Source: a virus (taxonomy: Duplodnaviria > Caudoviricetes). Taken from it: a DNA stretch of 24,969 bases. Numbering within the stretch: position 1 is the stretch's first letter; every line of letters starts with the position of its first letter. This document shows, one piece after another, positions 17,893 to 24,969 of this stretch. The notes beneath the pieces were generated by a model, which was not told the origin of the DNA, made no database searches, and saw only the letters and a program-made list of their open reading frames with translations. A program made the translations under genes and the position numbers. Location of the stretch: positions 1-24,969 of the IMG/VR virus record IMGVR_UViG_3300037851_001249. One strand, 5' to 3'.

Positions 17893-18207
17893 ATGGAGAC
17901 CGTTTATATAGGCCGTTCAGGCTCCATCGACTTGCAACTCCTGGCCGATGGCGCCATCCTGACCCCTGAGCAAATGTCGGCCATTACCGACGTCGGCATC
18001 ATCGCTTTCGGCACCAATTATCGAGCGTCAGCCTATCCGTCAGCATTCGACTTCACTACCCGTGCCGCCGAAGCCGTGGTGTCTCTGATGCTCGGTAATG
18101 TCCTGACCGACCCCGGCACTGATCTCTCGGCCCATCTGGTTATTTATTCGTCTGATTGGCCCCAAGGTATCGTGTGGGGGTGTATCGCGTTGCAGGTAAA
18201 AGCTTAA
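17893..18207 (+). CDS. Hypothetical phage protein (small adaptor-like beta domain)
   Basis: 104 aa; RBS AGGGG; continues the operon. Confidence 0.6.
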   Translation: METVYIGRSGSIDLQLLADGAILTPEQMSAITDVGIIAFGTNYRASAYPSAFDFTTRAAEAVVSLMLGNVLTDPGTDLSAHLVIYSSDWPQGIVWGCIALQVKA

Positions 18208-18211
18208 GGAG

Positions 18212-18350
18212 AGAGGCCGCCTTCTGGAGAGCTGTAACTCCCCAGAAGGCGAAGAGCTGTTCATGCCAGCCCCACATCCAAAAGGACGGCCTCTGTGCTC
18301 GGACCGAGCGGAGGGGCCAATATCACATTCATCCTAATTTGGACAAGGAG
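18212..18350 (+). promoter_or_regulatory. Structured leader upstream of the methyltransferase
   Basis: AGAGGCCG(18212-19)/CGGCCTCT(18287-94) closes three hairpins; a further hairpin at 18297-18309; TCCT(18332-35) can pair with the SD AGGA(18346-49). Confidence 0.55.
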
Positions 18351-18356
18351 TCAGAC

Positions 18357-19115
18357 ATGAACAGCCCCTTAGCGTACATTGGCGGTAAGTCCAAGCTCTC
18401 AAAAACCATCATCGAAATGATGCCCAAACACAAAGCCTATTGCGAAGTTTTCGCAGGTGCGGCGTGGGTGTTTTTCAGGAAAGAGCCTTCCAGATACGAA
18501 GTCATCAACGATTTGGACGGTGAACTGGTCTGTTTTTACCGGGTGCTTCAAAACCATTTGGAGGAGTTTTTAAAGCAGTTTAAATGGCTGCTTTCTTCGA
18601 GGGAATGGTTCGAAGATTGGAAACGCCAGCAGGGCGCCGGCGGGTTGACCGATATTCAACGAGCCGCACGATATTATTATCTGCAGCGACTTTGCTTTGG
18701 CGGGCGCGTCAAAGGACGGACCTACGGTGCCTCTCCTTTGAGCCGCCCAAGAATCAATTTGTTGCGCATCGAGGAGGAGCTTTCGGAGGTCCATCTGCGC
18801 TTGGCAGGGGTAACTATCGAGCATTTATCCTGGCATGCGTTTTTAAGCACATATGATAAACCAGGCACCTTATTTTTCCTCGAGCCTCCTTATTACAAGG
18901 CACCCTATTACGCACACAACTTCGAACTGTCCGATTATATCGAGCTCGCCAACAGCCTCGCCGGACTCAGATCAAGGTTCATCTTGACCATCAACGATCA
19001 TGAGGAAATGAGGGAGGTTTTTCGTAACTTTTATCAACGGCCTGTTTCTCTGATTTACACAGCAGCTCGCGGTAAGAATTCTAATGGCCGAGAACTGATC
19101 ATCACGGACGTTTGA
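18357..19115 (+). CDS. D12-class (Dam-like) N6-adenine DNA methyltransferase, motif IV EPPY
   Basis: SPLAYIGGKSKL, YCEVFAGAAWVFF, EVINDLD, LFFLEPPYY, FILTIND; RBS AAGGAG; occupies the mom position. Confidence 0.9.
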   Translation: MNSPLAYIGGKSKLSKTIIEMMPKHKAYCEVFAGAAWVFFRKEPSRYEVINDLDGELVCFYRVLQNHLEEFLKQFKWLLSSREWFEDWKRQQGAGGLTDIQRAARYYYLQRLCFGGRVKGRTYGASPLSRPRINLLRIEEELSEVHLRLAGVTIEHLSWHAFLSTYDKPGTLFFLEPPYYKAPYYAHNFELSDYIELANSLAGLRSRFILTINDHEEMREVFRNFYQRPVSLIYTAARGKNSNGRELIITDV

Positions 19116-19177
19116 AACACCGTTAACGTGGTTTCAAACCATCCGGCGCGTGGTTTCAAACCATCCGGCGCGTTACA
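19104..19177. repeat. Prophage right end: transposase-binding sites R3 (inverted), R2, R1 and terminal CA
   Basis: CGTGGTTTCAAACCATCCGGCG twice (19127-19148, 19149-19170); inverted partial copy CGGACGTTTGAAAC (19105-19118); then CGTTACA ending 19177. Confidence 0.88.
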
Positions 19178-19200
19178 GCTTGCCAACACCAAGCGGAAAC

Positions 19201-19233
19201 AAAAAAGGATTACAGCATTGCCGTAATCCTTTT
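19201..19233. terminator. Bidirectional intrinsic terminator downstream of tRNA-Arg
   Basis: AAAAGGATTAC(19203-13)/GTAATCCTTTT(19223-33) stem flanked by A- and T-tracts. Confidence 0.8.
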
Positions 19234-19243
19234 ATTGTTTTTG

Positions 19244-19320
19244 TGGCGCGCCCGGCCTGATTCGAACAGGCGACCTACGGATTCGTAGTCCGGTGCTCTA
19301 TCCAGCTGAGCTACGGGCGC
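19244..19320 (-). tRNA. tRNA-Arg(ACG)
   Basis: Reverse complement GCGCCCGTAGCTCAGCTGGATAGAGCACCGGACTACGAATCCGTAGGTCGCCTGTTCGAATCAGGCCGGGCGCGCCA; cloverleaf, anticodon ACG, encoded CCA. Confidence 0.97.
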
Positions 19321-19347
19321 GAACAAAAGCGATTGAAACCGGGCACG

Positions 19348-19376
19348 TTCTTAAGCTATAGTCGCCGGGTTGTCAA
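19348..19376 (-). promoter_or_regulatory. Possible sigma70 promoter for tRNA-Arg
   Basis: Minus-strand TTGACA (19376-19371), 17 bp spacer, weak -10 TAAGAA. Confidence 0.35.
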
Positions 19377-19493
19377 TGGTTAGTTCGTAATTGCGAGTAT
19401 TGGCGAGGTGAAAGTTTCACCCGAAGTATTGGCAGTTAAACTGAGTTGACCGGGCCGTGAAAGCCCCCCTTTTATTCTTGCGATATAAGCTTC

Positions 19494-21265
<1,772 letters not shown>

Positions 21266-21324
21266 GCGCCTGATCCTTTATGAGATCAAGGCTGATTTTA
21301 ATCTTTTCAAATCAGGATAATGTA

Positions 21325-21359
21325 TTGACTTTTGACTCCGCATGAAATAAAAGCGGCGC
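21325..21359 (+). promoter_or_regulatory. Probable sigma70 promoter of tRNA-Pro
   Basis: TTGACT(21325-30), 17 bp, TAAAAG(21348-53), then GC-rich discriminator CGGCGC. Confidence 0.5.
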
Positions 21360-21366
21360 TTTAAAA

Positions 21367-21443
21367 CGGGACATGGCTCAGTCTGGTAGAGCACAGCGTT
21401 CGGGACGCTGGGGTCGCAGGTTCAAATCCTGCTGTCCCGACCA
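21367..21443 (+). tRNA. tRNA-Pro(CGG)
   Basis: CGGGACA acceptor stem, anticodon arm CAGCG-TTCGGGA-CGCTG, T-loop TTCAAAT, encoded CCA. Confidence 0.97.
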
Positions 21444-21450
21444 AAAAATC

Positions 21451-21483
21451 AATAGGGATCGCGCTCGCGATCCCTATTTTTTT
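21451..21483 (+). terminator. Intrinsic terminator after tRNA-Pro
   Basis: AATAGGGATCGC-GCTC-GCGATCCCTATT followed by a T-run. Confidence 0.9.
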
Positions 21484-21730
21484 AGTTTTGTTTCTTGTAA
21501 ACCCCTCGATATAACAAGATAATTATATAAGTATCAAAAACCATTGCAAAAATAAAAGCAGTGGCCTTGCGCGTAGCCGAGCCAAGCAATCCAGCAGCAG
21601 TAAACCAATGATATTTTTAGATGGTAACGCACTTATTTTCTTGACAAAAAAGCAACGGGACATTAGATATCTGAAGTTGCTGATGATATTAGATGGAATC
21701 CTTCATACCTCATAAAGGAGCAGTCGGATC

Positions 21731-22012
21731 ATGACCCTGACCAAAGCCCAGATCGTCGATATCATTCATGAAGAATTGCCTTTTCCCAAAAACAAAAGCA
21801 CGGAAGTAATTGAAGGCTTGATTGAGATCATTAAAAGGACTTTGGAGAATGGTGAAGATGTTCTTATCAGCGGTTTTGGGAAGTTCTGCGTGAAAAACAA
21901 ACGCGAGAGGCGTGGACGAAATCCTGCCACTGGGGATGATCTCATCTTGTCACAGCGTAAGGTGGTGACCTTTAAGTGCTCGGGAAAGCTGCGTGAAAAG
22001 ATCAATTCATAG
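21731..22012 (+). CDS. ihfA: Integration host factor subunit alpha
   Basis: MTLTKA, GEDVLISGFGKF, RRGRNPATG, RKVVTFKCSGKLREKIN; RBS AAGGAG. Confidence 0.9.
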   Translation: MTLTKAQIVDIIHEELPFPKNKSTEVIEGLIEIIKRTLENGEDVLISGFGKFCVKNKRERRGRNPATGDDLILSQRKVVTFKCSGKLREKINS

Positions 22013-22055
22013 ATCGCGGCTCATTTAAGGAGTGCTGCCATCGGGCCTTTTAGAT

Positions 22056-22090
22056 AAAAGTCTTTGCTTTTTTTTACTGCAAGGGCTTTT
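22056..22090 (+). terminator. Probable terminator after ihfA
   Basis: AAAAGTCTTTGC / GCAAGGGCTTTT stem with G-U pairs. Confidence 0.5.
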
Positions 22091-22555
22091 ATGGCGATCC
22101 TGAGAATCCGCGGAAGACATTTTCGATATGGGTCATACTGCGCTGGGTAGAAACTTATGAATGAAAAAGAGGTGCAATAACAACCAGATCGAATATTTTA
22201 GGCATAAGTGCCGACTTCGAAAGCCTACCTTGGTTTGCGGACCACACCGCCGATGTCGCTCATGCAATGCGTTTTAATAGTGCCGCCACCCGTCCTTACC
22301 CTTCCGCTTCGAAAGCGAGAAGGTGTTCTCCCAGCCCATATCGTCCCATATTGTTCATGCCGCGCAAATGGGTTATCGACCGATTCCTTGATGGGCACGG
22401 CCCGACGATATACGTTAAGTCTTTGGATTTCCGACCGATGATACAAGAACCGGTGGTGGACTCCGACTTAAAAAGCGGAGTCCATCAGTGTCGGCAGAGG
22501 TTGCTTTTATGCTCACGGTCCGGTTCAATCATTCGTCGTTGAAGGTGGACGTTAG

Positions 22556-23422
22556 ATGACTCCAGAGGAACGCTTAATTAAAGTCCAAATAAACATCGCC
22601 AAGTTGGCGAGCCTCTCCACAACGGTCGCTAAAGTACTTGATATCTGTAACAATCCGGCGTCTTCGCCCAATGATTTGAACCGTGTCATCTCGCTTGATC
22701 CTGTACTTACAGGACAGGTGATCAAATTGATCAACTCTGCTTACTATGCGATTCCCAATCGTGTGACCTCTTTGGCCAGAGCCATCATCATACTCGGAGT
22801 GAATACCGTCAAGAATCTGGTCCTGGCGACCTCTATACTGGCATCTTTTCGAAAAAGTCATATCCATGGCAGTTTTTCCGCGGATGCTTACTGGGCCCAT
22901 TGTCTGTGCGTGGGAACTGTTTGCAAGGCGATCGCACAGATGCGCGAGGTGCCGGCATTGGAGCGGGAGGAATACTTTGTGGCCGGTTTATTGCACGATC
23001 TTGGAAAGCTACCGATGATCGCTTGTTTTGACGACTTGCATCAGCAGGCGGTGAAAGCGGCCGAAAATGAAAACATTCCACTGTTCCAAGCTGAACACAG
23101 GTATTTTGGTTTTGAGCATTGTCAAATAGGGCGTCTGATTGCAGCGAAATGGAAACTGGACCAAAGGATGAGAGATGCCATCGCTCACCATCACGATCCT
23201 TTATCCCAGGGTAGTGAACCCGGCGAACTTCTGATATATATTAGTTTGGCCAATCAACTGGCCAACCAATTTCAGATCGGCGGGGCAGGCGACGTATATT
23301 GCGACGAGCTCTTGATGCGCTCCTTGGCAGACCGCATCGGCATTGGGCTGGAAGCGATCCGGTCCATGAAGCCAATGATTTTGGAAGAGATCGACAAGGC
23401 GAAGGTATTCCTTGGTAAATAA
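22556..23422 (+). CDS. HDOD domain-containing protein
   Basis: ISLDPVLTGQVIKLINSAYY, AIIILG, YWAHCL, AGLLHDLGKL, HCQIG...W, AIAHHH. Confidence 0.92.
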   Translation: MTPEERLIKVQINIAKLASLSTTVAKVLDICNNPASSPNDLNRVISLDPVLTGQVIKLINSAYYAIPNRVTSLARAIIILGVNTVKNLVLATSILASFRKSHIHGSFSADAYWAHCLCVGTVCKAIAQMREVPALEREEYFVAGLLHDLGKLPMIACFDDLHQQAVKAAENENIPLFQAEHRYFGFEHCQIGRLIAAKWKLDQRMRDAIAHHHDPLSQGSEPGELLIYISLANQLANQFQIGGAGDVYCDELLMRSLADRIGIGLEAIRSMKPMILEEIDKAKVFLGK

Positions 23423-23438
23423 AGCTCAGCAAAATTTC

Positions 23439-24353
23439 ATGACGTTGAAATTCTGGGGGGTTAGAGGATCGATCCCATGCCCGGGCCCCACCACGGCACG
23501 TTATGGCGGCAATACATCATGTTTGGAATTGAGGCTGGCACCGTCTGGAAGACGGATCATCATCGATGCCGGCTCCGGGTTGCGCGAATTGGGCAATGGT
23601 CTGATATCGGAGCCGGAGAGCGAAAAGGGCATCCGTGCGGAAATCTTCCTCACCCATACGCACTGGGACCATATCATGGGGTTTCCCTTCTTCGCGCCGA
23701 TTTACCAACCGGGATCGCAATTTACAATTTACGGTCCGGTGACCTACGAGGATGAACCACTTAAAGAGGTTTTAAGCGGGCAGTGGACCTATCGCTACTT
23801 CCCGGTCCGTCAGGAGGATATCTCTTCGCACATCAACTATGTTCATCTCAAGGAAGGGTACTACGATTTAGGCCAAGGACTGCAATTGCGGACGAAGTAT
23901 CTCAATCACCCGCTGTTGTGTCTCGGGTATCGTTTTGAGTACATGGATAAGGTCCTTTGTACGGCCTTCGATACCGAACCTTTCAACAATGTATTCGCCT
24001 GCGATCCCTCCGATCCCGGATACGATCCGGTGGTCATCGCCCAGGGGGAACAAGCTGCCGCCGAGGAGAATCAGCGCCTGGAAAAGTTTGTCGAAGGCGC
24101 CGACCTGCTGATCTACGATACGCAATACACAGAAGAAGAGTACCGCAAGAGCCATGTGGGATGGGGACACTCTCCCATCGAACATGCCATTTCCATGGCA
24201 CGACGAAATAAAATCAAGCGGTTGGCCCTTTTTCACCATGATATCCAGCGCACCGATGCACAATTGGATGCGCTTGCCTACCGGCATTGCCTTGATATTG
24301 GAGATGGTTTGGAAATTTTTTTTGCCAAGGAAGGGATGGAGATCGGACTTTAG
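23439..24353 (+). CDS. MBL-fold metallo-hydrolase (phosphodiesterase-like)
   Basis: KFWGVRGSIP, YGGNTSC, IIDAGSG, THTHWDH, WGHS, FHHD; start could also be TTG 23412. Confidence 0.9.
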   Translation: MTLKFWGVRGSIPCPGPTTARYGGNTSCLELRLAPSGRRIIIDAGSGLRELGNGLISEPESEKGIRAEIFLTHTHWDHIMGFPFFAPIYQPGSQFTIYGPVTYEDEPLKEVLSGQWTYRYFPVRQEDISSHINYVHLKEGYYDLGQGLQLRTKYLNHPLLCLGYRFEYMDKVLCTAFDTEPFNNVFACDPSDPGYDPVVIAQGEQAAAEENQRLEKFVEGADLLIYDTQYTEEEYRKSHVGWGHSPIEHAISMARRNKIKRLALFHHDIQRTDAQLDALAYRHCLDIGDGLEIFFAKEGMEIGL

Positions 24354-24638
24354 AAACGTCTTCCTGAAGAATGGCCTCTTGAGGCAAGGCGGCAGGCTTT
24401 GCCGTGGATAAGGCAAGAATTTCTATATTTTTGAGATTCACCGCATTATCCAGAAGATAAGAATCCCCTTTCTTGAAAAAAAATCCATTGCCGGATTCAT
24501 TCATATTATAGTTAATACTAATAATATAAGCAGATTAGATTTTACGCCGCATTTTTTCACCCTTTCCTTCGGAATTTGTGCATGACAGTTGCATGGTTAG
24601 GAGCGAAGGTCGTGTAATTCGTTGATCAGGAGGTATAG

Positions 24639-24969
24639 ATGAAAATCAATCCCAATGACAAAGTACTTCAAGGCACGGCCGTTCCAAGGCCTACGTCCAA
24701 AACAGCTCCTATCGCAACGAGCTTTGCGGACATCCTGTCAAAAACCAACGAGGCTACCGCTCCACTGCCGGTGATGGCGCCGCCCATAATTCAGCCGATG
24801 ATCATAACGCCTCTGGCATCGCAAAATGAGGTTTATCAGCGCACCGAAAGAATGCTGGACAGCATGGCCAATTACCAGTCCCTATTGGGAAACCCAAAAT
24901 TAAACCTGCGGGAAATTGCACCAGCCGTGGCACAACTGAAGGAAGAATCGGTCTCCTTGGGGCCAATGC
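24639..24969 (+). CDS. Hypothetical protein, truncated at window end
   Basis: RBS AGGAGG, ATG 24639, open to the end of the window: MKINPNDK...SFADILSK...LDSMANYQSLLGNPKLNLREIAP. Confidence 0.75.
   Translation, partial: MKINPNDKVLQGTAVPRPTSKTAPIATSFADILSKTNEATAPLPVMAPPIIQPMIITPLASQNEVYQRTERMLDSMANYQSLLGNPKLNLREIAPAVAQLKEESVSLGPM

Larger units (their letters stand above)
1..19177 (+). mobile_element. Mu-like transposable prophage (right part; left end outside window)
   Basis: Mu gene order gpT-gp35-gp36-gpG-gp37-gp38-sheath-tube-gp41-TMP-gpN-gp44..48-fibre, then a methylase in the mom position, then repeated transposase-type sites ending in CA at 19176-19177. The core is visibly more GC-rich than the flank. 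Confidence 0.95.

Noticed and set aside
11535-18207. Diversity-generating retroelement or invertible host-range switch
   Set aside because: No reverse transcriptase, TR/VR pair, invertase or flanking inverted repeats seen; the only clear DNA repeat is intragenic
18156-18356. N-terminal extension of the methylase, or a com-like gene
   Set aside because: ATG 18357 has a strong RBS and matches the family start; no CxxC zinc-finger ORF is present
19127-19173. Tandem 22-bp repeats as a mini-CRISPR or VNTR
   Set aside because: No spacers and no cas genes; the geometry and terminal CA fit transposase-binding sites
19244-19320. tRNA-Arg as an integrase att site
   Set aside because: No integrase or duplicated tRNA fragment in the window; the element ends in a Mu-type terminus
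21731-22012. ihfA as a phage-linked transposition cofactor
   Set aside because: It lies outside the prophage end among housekeeping genes; proximity is probably coincidental
22161-22277. 38-aa basic Cys-rich small ORF (MKKRCNNN...RCRSCNAF)
   Set aside because: No clear RBS and no recognised family; cannot be supported without conservation data
24578-24593. Sigma54-like promoter GTGCATGACAGTTGCA before the last ORF
   Set aside because: Lacks the invariant GG of the -24 element

Overview
Bases 1-19177 are the right ~19 kb of a Mu-like (transposable, contractile-tailed) prophage, all on the + strand. The order is major capsid gpT, gp35-38/gpG neck genes, sheath, tube, tail chaperone with a -1 frameshift extension, a short tape measure, gpN, baseplate gp44-48 and a short gp49/S-type fibre. 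At the position of Mu's invertible G segment/gin/com/mom there is instead a ~6 kb, seven-gene cassette (12208-18207). Its first three proteins carry apparent Sec signal peptides on virion-appendage/lectin-like bodies; the other four are fibre-like and lack signal peptides. Next come a structured leader, a D12-class adenine methyltransferase with EPPY in place of DPPY, and a Mu-style right end (two direct 22-bp sites plus one inverted site, terminal CA at 19176-19177). The host flank, probably a Desulfobacterales-type deltaproteobacterium (inference), has tRNA-Arg(ACG) head-to-head with tadA, then purA, tRNA-Pro(CGG), ihfA, an HDOD protein, an MBL-fold hydrolase and a truncated hypothetical gene. 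All calls were made by eye from motifs and synteny; no searches were run.
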